Part shown: positions 7,832-17,387 of the stretch, one piece after another
How positions within the stretch are numbered: the stretch's first letter is position 1
Layout: each line of letters opens with the position of its first letter
Source of the DNA: Flavobacteriales bacterium
GTDB lineage: Bacteria; Bacteroidota; Bacteroidia; NORP154
Length of the DNA stretch: 33,225 nucleotides
Direction: 5' to 3'
Assembly (NCBI GenBank): GCA_012965625.1
Contig: DTSC01000164.1
Span: 1-33,225, forward strand
The notes under the pieces: model-generated
Database searches by the model: none
What the model was told of the DNA's origin: nothing
What the model saw: only the letters and a program-made list of their open reading frames with translations
Program-made: the position numbers and the translations under genes

Positions 7832-8890
7832 ATGACCAAGATAATAAGTGGGATACAGCAATTAGGGATTGGAGTACCAGATATGCACAAGGCTTGGAAA
7901 TGGTATCGCCAAGCTTTTGGAATGGATATCAAAATGTTTGAGGAGAGTGCTGATGCACCTTTAATGATCAAGTATACAGGAAATAAGGTTCACTCAAGAA
8001 CTGCAGCATTAGCTCTCAACATGAAAGGTGGGGGTGGGTTTGAGATATGGCAATATACTAGCAGGGTGCCGCAGCCACCAGATTTTGAAGTGCAAGTAGG
8101 AGACCTGGGTATAATGATTGGTAAAATTAAAGTGCCTGATATTGAGGCTTCTTTTTCTTACCATAATGAAATAGGCCTGAACATAGTAGGAGAATTAAAT
8201 ATAGGGCCAGATGGAAACAAGCATTATTTTATAAAGGATGATTACCTTAATATTTTTCAGATTACTAAAGGAGATGATTGGTTTTCATCTAATAGCGCTA
8301 TAACCGGAGGAACAGAAGGTGCTATAATTGGAGTTTCTGATATAGAAAAAGCTAAGAGGCTATATAGTAAAATCCTTGGCTATGATCGAGTAGTATATGA
8401 CCAAGAGAGTGTATTTAACGATCTATCAGCCTTACCTGGTGGGGATTCGAATCTTAGAAGAATCTTGCTTAAGCGAACCCATGCAACTAAAGGAAGTTTT
8501 AGTAAATTCCTGGGCTCTGGATCTTTGGAGTTAGTGCAAGTAAAAGACAGAGAACCGAAAAAGATATTCAAAGACCGATATTGGGGAGACAGGGGGTTTA
8601 TTCATTTATGTTTTGATATAAAAAACATGAAAGCACTGAAAAAAGAATGTAAAGAAAATGGTTTTCCTTTTACTGTTGACAGTAGCAATGTATTTGATAT
8701 GGGTGAAGCCAGTGGCCACTTCAGTTATATTGAAGACCCTGATGGCACACTAATAGAATTTGTTGAAACGCATAAGATTCCAGTGATTAAAAAATTAGGC
8801 TGGTACCTATCCTTAGAAAAAAGGGACCCAAATAAAACTCTTCCCACCTGGCTGCTTAAAATGTTAGCTTTTAATCGGGTAAAAGACTAA
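7832..8890 (+). CDS. VOC (glyoxalase/bleomycin-resistance/dioxygenase) superfamily protein, multi-module
   Basis: 352 aa. VOC-like beginnings recur ('IQQLGIGVPDMHKAWKWYRQAFGMD', 'AIIGVSDIEKAKRLYSKILGYD') with 'DPDGTLIEFVE' near the end. Starts 7 nt after the SDR stop. Confidence 0.6.
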   Translation: MTKIISGIQQLGIGVPDMHKAWKWYRQAFGMDIKMFEESADAPLMIKYTGNKVHSRTAALALNMKGGGGFEIWQYTSRVPQPPDFEVQVGDLGIMIGKIKVPDIEASFSYHNEIGLNIVGELNIGPDGNKHYFIKDDYLNIFQITKGDDWFSSNSAITGGTEGAIIGVSDIEKAKRLYSKILGYDRVVYDQESVFNDLSALPGGDSNLRRILLKRTHATKGSFSKFLGSGSLELVQVKDREPKKIFKDRYWGDRGFIHLCFDIKNMKALKKECKENGFPFTVDSSNVFDMGEASGHFSYIEDPDGTLIEFVETHKIPVIKKLGWYLSLEKRDPNKTLPTWLLKMLAFNRVKD

Positions 8891-8921
8891 AGCCATTATA
8901 AATAAAATAAAAAGCCTTTTA

Positions 8922-10289
8922 CTATATATTCTTGGTTATATTTTTTTGATGCCTTAGCCTATAAACTTGTTTTAAATTATTCAACATTTCAACAAGCGAA
9001 CTCCGTTCATGAATTAATTCTTTTAATTCCACATGTTCTCCTTTATCAAATTTCCAATAACGAAGCATTGACTTAAAAGCCTTTAATTTAGAAAGGTAAG
9101 CAGTAGAAAAATTACCAGATAATATCAATGTAGCACCATATATTAAGGAAACGGCTAAGGACTCTGAGAAAAATACTACAATAGAAAAATTCAAAAGATA
9201 AAAAACCATAAAGGAACAAATACCGGCAAGCATTGTAACCGAGCTATAAAAATCTGTCTTCTTAACAACCTTATCAGCAATAGTTTTTGAGATTTTAGCA
9301 GGAATGTAATTATTGACTAAGCCGTATATATGCAAGGGAAATCCTAATGAAAGGAAAAGAAATTTCCCCAGCAAATATGAAATATTTGGCCTTTTAAAAA
9401 TATATGTGTCCTCAATTTTATTTACATTTAATTTATCAAAATAGGCAATACATTTATTTCTCAATTCAAGTAATTGCTCCGGCCTTTCCATCCTTAAATA
9501 ATTAATCCCATTAGCAATTTCCCTTGAGAGCAGGAAGTTGTGAGATGCATTCTCACTTTTCAATCTGTAGTCTTTAAACAGCTGTGGTTTATATATCTGC
9601 TCAACTTGCCCAACAATGTCATCATCTTCTTTATCATCGATGTGTATTACATGTGGCCTGATCTTAATATCAATAAATTTTGTCAGTGCATTTAATCCTG
9701 ACACCTTATTTTCTTGATGGAGTTTGCAAAAACTGGATATATCATAGGGCCTTGAATAGTTTAGGAATAATTTGCTTTTAAAACTCCAGGCCTTTTCATA
9801 ATTCATACCAACAAATAAAACTTGAGTATTTAGAGCATATTCATGAGCTTCCTCAGCGCCCAGTGCAATGCGTGCAGTCCCCTTTTTTGCTGATTTCATC
9901 CTCCTCTCAGGAATGCAAATTGCCTCTGGAAAGACCTGGACACATCCTTTTTTTTTCAATACTTGAAAACAGTTTTGGAAGGTCTCTTCATTTCGATGCA
10001 AATGCTCATTTCCTTCTATTGCACGAAAAATTGGGATCATACCAATCTGACTAAAAAACCAAATTTTAATTTTTGATGCACCGAGAAATACTATTCCCTT
10101 AGGTAAACTCTTCATCTTTCTAGCCATAAATACAGCTAAGACCAAGGAATCCATAAAGGCATTCGTATGATTTGCAAGCAATAGTAATGGAACATCTTTT
10201 GGAATCTTCTTCCGGTTTCTGAAAGAAATCTTTCCATAAAATGTCTTAATAGCAAGTTTGCAAATATGTTTTACTATAAAGTAGACCAT
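8922..10289 (-). CDS. PlsC-like phospholipid/glycerol acyltransferase with a C-terminal multi-pass membrane domain
   Basis: 455 aa. Acyltransferase blocks 'LLLANHTNAFMDSL', 'VFPEAICIPERR' and 'AKKGTARIALGA'. C-terminal hydrophobic helices ('FLFLSLGFPLHIYGL', 'MLAGICSFMVFYLLNFSIVVFF', 'LIYGATLILSG'). Confidence 0.65.
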   Translation of the reverse strand: MVYFIVKHICKLAIKTFYGKISFRNRKKIPKDVPLLLLANHTNAFMDSLVLAVFMARKMKSLPKGIVFLGASKIKIWFFSQIGMIPIFRAIEGNEHLHRNEETFQNCFQVLKKKGCVQVFPEAICIPERRMKSAKKGTARIALGAEEAHEYALNTQVLFVGMNYEKAWSFKSKLFLNYSRPYDISSFCKLHQENKVSGLNALTKFIDIKIRPHVIHIDDKEDDDIVGQVEQIYKPQLFKDYRLKSENASHNFLLSREIANGINYLRMERPEQLLELRNKCIAYFDKLNVNKIEDTYIFKRPNISYLLGKFLFLSLGFPLHIYGLVNNYIPAKISKTIADKVVKKTDFYSSVTMLAGICSFMVFYLLNFSIVVFFSESLAVSLIYGATLILSGNFSTAYLSKLKAFKSMLRYWKFDKGEHVELKELIHERSSLVEMLNNLKQVYRLRHQKNITKNI

Positions 10290-10339
10290 GTTATTTCTGA
10301 TGGTATTGCGAAATTATGTTTTTATATCTTAAGTAATTG

Positions 10340-10365
10340 CCCTTAATTCTATTTATCTATTTTTG
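10340..10365 (+). promoter_or_regulatory. -7 box candidate TATTTTTG (10358-10365) upstream of aroK
   Basis: TATTTTTG ends 21 nt before the aroK ATG. A partial -33 (aTTG at 10336-10339, just left of this span) sits 18 nt upstream. Confidence 0.3.
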
Positions 10366-10386
10366 ATACTGCAATTAATATATAAC

Positions 10387-10899
10387 ATGAGGATTTATCT
10401 TATTGGATATATGGGAAGTGGAAAAACTTCTATCGGAAAGAAGCTATCAAAAGCATTTAAGATGAATTTCATTGATCTGGATACATATATTGAGGAAATC
10501 ACAGGAAAGAAAATCTCTATGATCTTTGAATTGGAGGGGGAACAGTACTTCAGGAAAATAGAACAGCAGCAGCTACAAATTGTTTCACAAAAAGAAGATG
10601 CGATTATTGCTACTGGGGGTGGTACCGCCTGCGAAAGAATTAATATGGATTTAATGAACACAAGAGGCTTAACGATCTACCTGGAGATGGAAGCAAAAGA
10701 ATTGTATGAAAGGTTAGTATTACAAAAGAAGAATAGGCCATTAATCGCACGACTATCTGATAAGGACCTTATGGCATTTATAGAAATGAGTCTGGAAATG
10801 AGACGCAAATATTACACAAGGGCAAAATATACCATTAGATCAAATAATATCACAAAGGCTGTAGAAAAATGTTCAGAATTTATTGAAAATACGAGCTGA
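10387..10899 (+). CDS. aroK: Shikimate kinase
   Basis: 'MRIYLIGYMGSGKTSIGKKLS' (P-loop), 'FIDLD', 'FRKIE', 'IATGGG'. I use the ATG at 10387; the track ORF starts at an upstream TTG (10363), adding 8 unlikely residues. Confidence 0.9.
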   Translation: MRIYLIGYMGSGKTSIGKKLSKAFKMNFIDLDTYIEEITGKKISMIFELEGEQYFRKIEQQQLQIVSQKEDAIIATGGGTACERINMDLMNTRGLTIYLEMEAKELYERLVLQKKNRPLIARLSDKDLMAFIEMSLEMRRKYYTRAKYTIRSNNITKAVEKCSEFIENTS

Positions 10900-10904
10900 C
10901 CAGA

Positions 10905-11402
10905 CTATTGTAAGTAAACAGTTGCCTTACCTTTTTTAAGCTCAACAGAAACATGTTCCTGCAAGGTTGTAGATAATGAAATTCCAACAAAATCAGCACG
11001 TACAGGAAAGGTATTATGGCTCCTATCTACCATCACCATTGTACGGAGTTTTTTTACTGGAAAATCTAAAAAATAATTAACTCCATAAATTAGCGTTCTG
11101 CCAGAATTTACAACATCGTCAACGACAATAATAACCTTATTCTTAAAATCCTTTTCTGGAATAGAAAATTGAATAGGTTCAGATAGTGGTTTGTCCTTAT
11201 TAATCGTTACCTCTCCTACTATTACGTTTAATGTTGAAATCTCTCTAAGCATTAGAGTAATCCATCTAGCAAATAAAAACCCCCTACCTTGTATGCCTGC
11301 AATAACAATCTCTTTTTCAGTATGGTTATTCTCATACAGCTGGTAGGCAAGCCTTGTAACTTTTTGTTTAATTTGATCTGGGGATAATACAATCGTTTTC
11401 AT
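10905..11402 (-). CDS. pyrR: PyrR-like phosphoribosyltransferase (pyrimidine operon regulator / uracil phosphoribosyltransferase family)
   Basis: PRPP-binding loop 'VIIVVDDVVNSGRT', 'IAGIQGRGFLFA' and 'VDRSHNTFPVRADFVG' parallel B. subtilis PyrR as I recall it. Start placed at the internal Met ('MKTIVLSPDQI', 11400-11402). Confidence 0.75.
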   Translation of the reverse strand: MKTIVLSPDQIKQKVTRLAYQLYENNHTEKEIVIAGIQGRGFLFARWITLMLREISTLNVIVGEVTINKDKPLSEPIQFSIPEKDFKNKVIIVVDDVVNSGRTLIYGVNYFLDFPVKKLRTMVMVDRSHNTFPVRADFVGISLSTTLQEHVSVELKKGKATVYLQ

Positions 11403-11511
11403 AAATTCTAATATATATTCAATAGACAACAAATTTATCATAAAATCTACAAGGACATAAATTTATAAGTAATTTTGATCTTTCTGTTGAAGTTTAGATT
11501 TATTCCAAATA

Positions 11512-12174
11512 ATGTCAATAACTGAGAATTTTGCGAGAGTCACTTCTGAAATAGATGATGATATTATCATTGTTGCTGTTTCTAAAACAAAGCCCATCGA
11601 GGTGATTCAGGAAGCCTACAATTTAGGTCAAAGAATATTTGGAGAAAACAGGGTTCAGGAGCTCGCCCAAAAAAACGAGACACTTCCCAAGGATATTCAA
11701 TGGCACGCTATCGGCCATCTGCAACGAAATAAGATTAAGTATATAGCATCATTTATTTCTTTAATTCATTCTGTTGATACCTTTAAATTGCTGCTGGCAA
11801 TAAATAAGGAAGCAATGAAGCAAAACCGTACCATTGACGTTCTCTTGCAAGTATATATCGCCAATGAAGATACGAAACATGGCTTCCTTCCTTCTGATAT
11901 TGAAATGCTTATGAAGTCAAAAGACTTGAACGATTTAAAGAACATATGTATAAGAGGATTGATGGGAATGGCCACCAACACAAAAGATGAAGAGGTAATC
12001 AGAGGTGAATTTAAGGGTCTAAAGAAACTATATAATGGCATTAAGGATACAAACCTTCCAAATGTAGATATGAAATTCCTTTCAATGGGGATGTCTAATG
12101 ATTTCAGGATTGCTATTGAAGAGGGAAGCAATATGATACGGATTGGAAGTTTGATATTCGGCAAAAGAGATTAA
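11512..12174 (+). CDS. yggS: YggS-family pyridoxal-phosphate homeostasis protein
   Basis: 220 aa. 'VAVSKTKP' (PLP lysine), 'FGENRVQE', 'WHAIGHLQRNK', 'LSMGMSNDF', 'IRIGSLIFG'. Confidence 0.9.
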   Translation: MSITENFARVTSEIDDDIIIVAVSKTKPIEVIQEAYNLGQRIFGENRVQELAQKNETLPKDIQWHAIGHLQRNKIKYIASFISLIHSVDTFKLLLAINKEAMKQNRTIDVLLQVYIANEDTKHGFLPSDIEMLMKSKDLNDLKNICIRGLMGMATNTKDEEVIRGEFKGLKKLYNGIKDTNLPNVDMKFLSMGMSNDFRIAIEEGSNMIRIGSLIFGKRD

Positions 12175-12184
12175 TTTTGAAACC

Positions 12185-12871
12185 ATGAATCCTATCATAT
12201 CTCTTAGCAATGCTTCTATATTCCAAACTGACCATCTGGTTTTATCAGATGTTTCATTATCAATTAATAATGGAGAATTTGTTTACCTAATAGGAAAGAC
12301 TGGAACCGGAAAATCTAGTCTGCTTAAAACACTATATAGTGATCTACCGCTAAAAGAAGGGGAAGGCTCTATTGTTGATTTCAATCTTAAACAGATAAAA
12401 ACCAGACAGATTCCTTTGTTAAGAAGAAAGCTGGGAATTGTATTTCAGGATTTCCAGTTGCTTACTGACAGAAATGTTGAAGAGAACTTAATGTTTGTGA
12501 TGAGAGCAACAGGCTGGAAGGACAAAACGAAAATGAAAGAGAAAATCCAAATAGTCTTAGACAAGGTTGCCCTAAGTACAAAAGGATTTAAAATGCCTTA
12601 TGAATTATCTGGAGGAGAGCAGCAACGGGTTGTAATCGCAAGGGCCCTTATCAATGATCCGGATGTTATATTGGCAGATGAACCAACCGGCAACCTTGAC
12701 CCTGAAATCTCTGAAGAGATAATCAAATTGCTAATCGAGATAAGCAAGACTGGCAAGGCTGTACTGGTTGCAACCCACGACTACAACATCCTAAATAAGT
12801 TTCCATCTAGAACTATTAGATTTGGATTGGGGAAGGTCGTTGATGAAACACCTGCAGGAAGTCTCTCTTAA
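12185..12871 (+). CDS. ftsE: Cell-division ABC ATPase FtsE
   Basis: Walker A 'GKTGTGKSS', signature 'LSGGEQQRV', Walker B '[11 protein letters not shown]', H-loop 'ATHD'. 228 aa with FtsE-like 'FQDFQLL'. No ftsX gene follows. Confidence 0.8.
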   Translation: MNPIISLSNASIFQTDHLVLSDVSLSINNGEFVYLIGKTGTGKSSLLKTLYSDLPLKEGEGSIVDFNLKQIKTRQIPLLRRKLGIVFQDFQLLTDRNVEENLMFVMRATGWKDKTKMKEKIQIVLDKVALSTKGFKMPYELSGGEQQRVVIARALINDPDVILADEPTGNLDPEISEEIIKLLIEISKTGKAVLVATHDYNILNKFPSRTIRFGLGKVVDETPAGSLS

Positions 12872-12880
12872 TTTCAGCAG

Positions 12881-13540
12881 CTATCTAAGATCGACCAGTT
12901 CAACCCCTGGATGATCTACAATATTAAATTTAAAATCGGACTCTTTCGTTGCAGGATTTGATGTAAATTTAATAATGTCGTAAATATAATTGTCCCCTTC
13001 TTTACCAACAACGGTAATCATTTGGATCTGTTTTTTTGCCTTATCAACAGAGAGCTTTATCGTATGGTATGGTTTTTCATTTGCCTTGATCGGATACAGA
13101 TTTATGATTTGCATGGTTCTGCCATTCTTCTGTACTTCCTTAATGTACTTATATTTAAAACCATGCTCATAGATGGTAAAGATATTATTAGGGCTTATGG
13201 CCCCTTCCTCATATTCGGGTTCGCTTATCTGTACTTCTTCTGCATCCTGGATATAAGTCCAAAGGGTGGAACCATCACATATTATCTCTTGTCCGGCTAG
13301 TTTTAAATTGTATCGATCCCCATATAATAGCAGAGAACCCTCCATGGTTTCATAAATATCATCTTTGATGTTTTCCATAGAATATGTAAAACTTACACTA
13401 ACGGCCTTATGTGTCTTGGTCTTTGCACTTACTCCATCCAAAATGGCTTTTGCCTTAGGATCGTGATTTACTTCTCCCTGGGCCATAGCCAAAACAACAA
13501 TTATCAGGAATGTGCATATATTAAATACTCTTTTCTTCAT
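12881..13540 (-). CDS. lolA: LolA-like outer-membrane lipoprotein carrier protein
   Basis: 219 aa with a signal peptide. 'FTYSMEN...GSLLLYGDRYNLKLAGQEIICDGSTLWTY' is LolA-like. It lies immediately downstream of ftsK, a conserved synteny. Confidence 0.7.
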   Translation of the reverse strand: MKKRVFNICTFLIIVVLAMAQGEVNHDPKAKAILDGVSAKTKTHKAVSVSFTYSMENIKDDIYETMEGSLLLYGDRYNLKLAGQEIICDGSTLWTYIQDAEEVQISEPEYEEGAISPNNIFTIYEHGFKYKYIKEVQKNGRTMQIINLYPIKANEKPYHTIKLSVDKAKKQIQMITVVGKEGDNYIYDIIKFTSNPATKESDFKFNIVDHPGVELVDLR

Positions 13541-13585
13541 ATTATTAATTTTTATTAAAAATCTGGGAAGCCCCTCAAGCTAATA

Positions 13586-16063
13586 TTAAGCGATTGGAGG
13601 CTCTTCCTCGCCTGCTTGCCCTGTATTAGACAATAATTGTTCCAAAGTATATTCATCTGGAACCAATACCTGCCTGGCTTTACTGCCATCAAATTGTCCA
13701 ACAATTCCAGCAGCTTCGAGTTGGTCAATTATCCTGCCTGCTCTATTATACCCTATCTTAAGTCTTCTCTGTAACAAAGAGGCTGATCCCTGTTGATGTT
13801 GAACTATAATCCTCGCAGCAGCATCAAATTGATCGTCTTTCTCATCATTATCAATCTGCCCACTATCACTTGCTTTCTCATCAATGTACTCAGGTAAACA
13901 AAATGCAGATGGATAACCTTGCTGAGCAGCAATAAAACCAGTAACCGCTTCTACTTCAGGAGTATCTACAAAGGCACATTGCAATCTAATGATATCGCTA
14001 CCATTTGAGAACAACATATCTCCTTTTCCAACTAATTGTTCGGCACCAGATCTATCCAAGATGGTCCCAGAATCAATTTTTGAGGTAACCCTAAATGCAA
14101 CTCGTACAGGAAAATTAGCTTTAATAGTACCCGTAATAATATTCACGCTTGGCCTCTGTGTTGCTATTATTAAATGAATTCCTATAGCTCGTGCTTTTTG
14201 TGCCAGCCTGCTAATAGGACTTTCAATTTCCTTTCCGGCTGTCATTATCAAATCTGCAAACTCGTCTATGACAACAACAATATACGGTAAATACCGATGA
14301 CCCTTTTTAGGATTCAGCTTTCTTGCTATAAATTTAGCATTATATCTCTTTAAATCTGTAACAGAGGCTTCCATCAAAAGCTTATATCTATCATCCATCT
14401 CATGACAAAGTGAATTTAAGGTATAAACAACCTTTTTGGTATCGCTGATAATTGCCTCCTCAGAATCTGGCAACTTTGCCAGGTAATGTTTCTCAATCTT
14501 CTTGTATAAAGTTAACTCCACAATTTTGGGATCTATTAGCACAAACTTCACTTGTGATGGATGCTTTTTATATAATAAAGATATCAATATGGTATTTAAG
14601 CCAACCGACTTCCCTTGTCCTGTAGCACCAGCCATTAGAAGGTGTGGCATTTTTGCCAAGTCAGCTACTAATGTTTCATTCGTAATAGTTTTGCCAAGCC
14701 CTATGGGTAGCTCTGCACTTGTTTTCAGAAACTTTTCAGAAGACAAAATCGTTTTTATAGGTACAATCTTAGGATTTCTATTAGGCACCTCTATCCCTAC
14801 CGTTCCCTTTCCAGGAATAGGAGCAATAATCCTTATCCCTAAAGCACTGAGGCTCAAAGCAATGTCATCTTCAAGATTTCGGATCTTAGATATCTTTATT
14901 CCTGCTGATGGGACAATTTCATATAATGTAACAGCAGGTCCGACAGTAGCTTTGATTTTATCGATCTGTATATTAAAATTGCCTAACGTTTCAACAATTT
15001 TGTCTTTGTTTCTCTCTAATTCATCTTTGTCAATTTCTACTTCGCCATCTCCATGTTCCATCAACAGATCTACAGACGGAAATTCAAAAGAAGAGAGATC
15101 AAGGGTAGGGTCATATTCTTCCATCTCCTTCATATCCTTTATCTCATCAGCTGTAGCTATTTCTTCGTCCTTCGATTCTTCAATAGTAAGGGTAAGATCT
15201 CCTTCACCAGTAATTTTCCCTTGCTCAGGTTTTGAGCCTTCTTTTCCTTCTGATCCATCATCTGGGTTCTCATTCTTTTCTATCTCCAAGTCTATTGAGA
15301 CATTTGTTCCTTCATCAGATTCTTCCTCAACAATTTCAACATTTGCTTCTTCCTTTGAGTCAATTCCCAGCTCTATGCCTGCACCCATTCCACCACCCAC
15401 AATGGCCGGTTCTTCCTCATCTGTTGTATTCTGTGTTTTGAGTTTCTTAACCCAAGCAAATGAAATGTTATAAGAAAGAATTAAAAATGATATAAAAATA
15501 AAAGATATAAACAATCCTGTTCCGATGTTACCTAATAATCCCTGCAACCATTTATTACAGTAGGCGCCAAAGGCACCACCCATAAGATGGGAAAAATCAT
15601 CTGATGAATCAAGGTTATCAAAAATGTAACCAAGGAATAATGAGAGCCAGATCAAAAGGAAAAAAGATTGTTTAAGGCTTTTCTTAATAGGCAAAAACGA
15701 AATACCAAATACTAATCTTGCACCAAGTATAAATGAAACAAAGACAAATAAATAGGAAGTAATACCAAACCAGGTGTATATAAAAAGATGGGAAATCACT
15801 GCACCCAAGCGACCTAACCAATTAACTGCCTGAATATCATCATTAAAAACCATTAAAAATCCATGATCTTTAACCAAGCTCATATCTGAGCTCCATGTAA
15901 ACAGATAAGATGAAAAAGAAATTAAAAGATATGGGGTAGCAATAAATAAGAATAAAAGCCCAAACACTTTTCTGAAGCGTTCATTCTTAAACATCTCAGT
16001 AAAAGAACTAATAAGGTTTTTCTTTTTGGCTTTAGTTTCGGGCCGGTTTTTCCTGGTAACCAT
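13586..16063 (-). CDS. ftsK: DNA translocase FtsK
   Basis: 825 aa. N-terminal TM helices, an acidic low-complexity linker, motor domain Walker A 'GATGQGKS' and Walker B 'YIVVVIDEFADL', 'ATQRPS', and a gamma winged-helix 'LLQRRLKIGYNRAGRIIDQLEAAGIVG'. Confidence 0.97.
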   Translation of the reverse strand: MVTRKNRPETKAKKKNLISSFTEMFKNERFRKVFGLLFLFIATPYLLISFSSYLFTWSSDMSLVKDHGFLMVFNDDIQAVNWLGRLGAVISHLFIYTWFGITSYLFVFVSFILGARLVFGISFLPIKKSLKQSFFLLIWLSLFLGYIFDNLDSSDDFSHLMGGAFGAYCNKWLQGLLGNIGTGLFISFIFISFLILSYNISFAWVKKLKTQNTTDEEEPAIVGGGMGAGIELGIDSKEEANVEIVEEESDEGTNVSIDLEIEKNENPDDGSEGKEGSKPEQGKITGEGDLTLTIEESKDEEIATADEIKDMKEMEEYDPTLDLSSFEFPSVDLLMEHGDGEVEIDKDELERNKDKIVETLGNFNIQIDKIKATVGPAVTLYEIVPSAGIKISKIRNLEDDIALSLSALGIRIIAPIPGKGTVGIEVPNRNPKIVPIKTILSSEKFLKTSAELPIGLGKTITNETLVADLAKMPHLLMAGATGQGKSVGLNTILISLLYKKHPSQVKFVLIDPKIVELTLYKKIEKHYLAKLPDSEEAIISDTKKVVYTLNSLCHEMDDRYKLLMEASVTDLKRYNAKFIARKLNPKKGHRYLPYIVVVIDEFADLIMTAGKEIESPISRLAQKARAIGIHLIIATQRPSVNIITGTIKANFPVRVAFRVTSKIDSGTILDRSGAEQLVGKGDMLFSNGSDIIRLQCAFVDTPEVEAVTGFIAAQQGYPSAFCLPEYIDEKASDSGQIDNDEKDDQFDAAARIIVQHQQGSASLLQRRLKIGYNRAGRIIDQLEAAGIVGQFDGSKARQVLVPDEYTLEQLLSNTGQAGEEEPPIA

Positions 16064-16104
16064 AGAAGAAATTAATCAAGTATTAAGAACAGGAAATTAT
16101 GTTT

Positions 16105-16797
16105 CTAAATTTCTTTAAATCCTTCAAATATTTTATCCATTTCTTCCTTTCCAATAATTTCGTAATCATCTGGAATTTCAAAATAACTATTATCTATCTC
16201 TTCTTTTACTATTTCAACAGCTTCCAGTTTCATCTCGTAATTATATTTCCTAACATTATATTCTAAGAGAACACCTTTTATATCATGGAAAGGGGTACAC
16301 CAATTCGAATTGGCAATACTAATCTCCTCAGTGTAGAAAATACTAAACTCTTCCTTTATATTTCCTTCAAATTTTACAATCGCCCTTTTACATTTATAAC
16401 CTATAATTTCCTTAGTTTCATTCGTTTTAACAACTTGCATTTCAGGCAATTCAGAATATAATCCTTTTATCTCTGTAGAATCTGATTTAACAACATATTT
16501 CTTATTCATCAATTTTAACAACTGATATACGACCTTTGTATTTGGATCAGCAATGAGAGAGGTTTGAAAAAGACCCATTCCAGCTACCAGTTCACCAGCA
16601 GTTCGGTTATCCTTAAATCTCAAATGCATCTCACTAGGCAACATACTTGCCATAACATCACCAATCTCTGTTTTGGGATAAGATATCTCAAAGACAATAC
16701 GACCTTCATCAATATTTCGATGGAATAATGCATCGCATCCAGAAAGCAAACAAATTATAAATGGAACTGTTAAAATCAATAAATTTATTCGCCTCAT
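16105..16797 (-). CDS. Hypothetical lipoprotein
   Basis: 230 aa. Signal peptide plus lipobox 'ICLLSGCDA'. No other recognisable motif. Confidence 0.6.
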   Translation of the reverse strand: MRRINLLILTVPFIICLLSGCDALFHRNIDEGRIVFEISYPKTEIGDVMASMLPSEMHLRFKDNRTAGELVAGMGLFQTSLIADPNTKVVYQLLKLMNKKYVVKSDSTEIKGLYSELPEMQVVKTNETKEIIGYKCKRAIVKFEGNIKEEFSIFYTEEISIANSNWCTPFHDIKGVLLEYNVRKYNYEMKLEAVEIVKEEIDNSYFEIPDDYEIIGKEEMDKIFEGFKEI

Positions 16798-16841
16798 CCT
16801 ACCCTGCTATTATTTATTATGTACTAAACAGACAAATATAT

Positions 16842-17276
16842 TTATTTTTTTTGATTTTCTTCGTTGAATTCAAGCAGTCTGCATCTGCGAAGGAATTCAA
16901 TTTCCCGACCAATCAATCTGCTTTGAATCTTTGAAATATTAAAGCTGGTTTTTACAAAGCCTATTACCTTGGCTTCATCAAAAGGCTTACAAGAATACAC
17001 ATCTGCCGTTAGCAATCCAGCATCTGGAAATGTATGTATTGCGATATGACTTTCAGCAATTATTACAAAACCACTAACACCTCCTGTATCCCAATCATTT
17101 TCTGCATTATTGCAATCCAACACTACTGGATTAATTAACTTTCTCATTCCCAACAAGGATACTAGCTCTTCTATAATCTGAGCCACATATAATTTATCCC
17201 CAAGCAGATCAGCACGGCCTCCTAGGCAATCAAGCATTAGGTGGCTTCCCCTTAACTTAATTTTTTTATTGCTCAT
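16842..17276 (-). CDS. Pyruvoyl-dependent decarboxylase of the class-1 S-adenosylmethionine decarboxylase (SpeH-like) family; substrate uncertain
   Basis: 144 aa. Self-cleavage/active-site motif 'VIIAESHIAIHTFPD' (family consensus ESH[IL]xIHT[WF]PE), preceded by 'GVSGFV' and followed by 'ADVYSCKPF'. Confidence 0.8.
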   Translation of the reverse strand: MSNKKIKLRGSHLMLDCLGGRADLLGDKLYVAQIIEELVSLLGMRKLINPVVLDCNNAENDWDTGGVSGFVIIAESHIAIHTFPDAGLLTADVYSCKPFDEAKVIGFVKTSFNISKIQSRLIGREIEFLRRCRLLEFNEENQKK

Positions 17277-17387
17277 TTATCTCAATTTTATCTTCTTTTG
17301 TACCCATAAAAGAATGTTATAAAAATTAAATGCAAATATTCAATATTTTTATAGTCTTTCACTCTGAAACAGGAAAAATTTGTACAG

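Noticed and set aside
14502-15473. A 323-aa ORF antisense to ftsK, with smaller ones at 15053..15235 and 15232..15441
   Set aside because: It lies opposite the acidic, low-complexity FtsK linker. The GAA/GAT-rich sense strand gives a stop-poor Ser/Phe/Ile-rich antisense frame. The product is low-complexity with no start context, and ftsK is unambiguous.
17277-17387. ARG-box-like sequence 'AATGCAAATATTCAATAT' in the speH-like/arcC divergent region
   Set aside because: The half-sites are 2 nt too close compared with the TGAAT-N4-ATTCA consensus, so it does not fit an ArgR operator.
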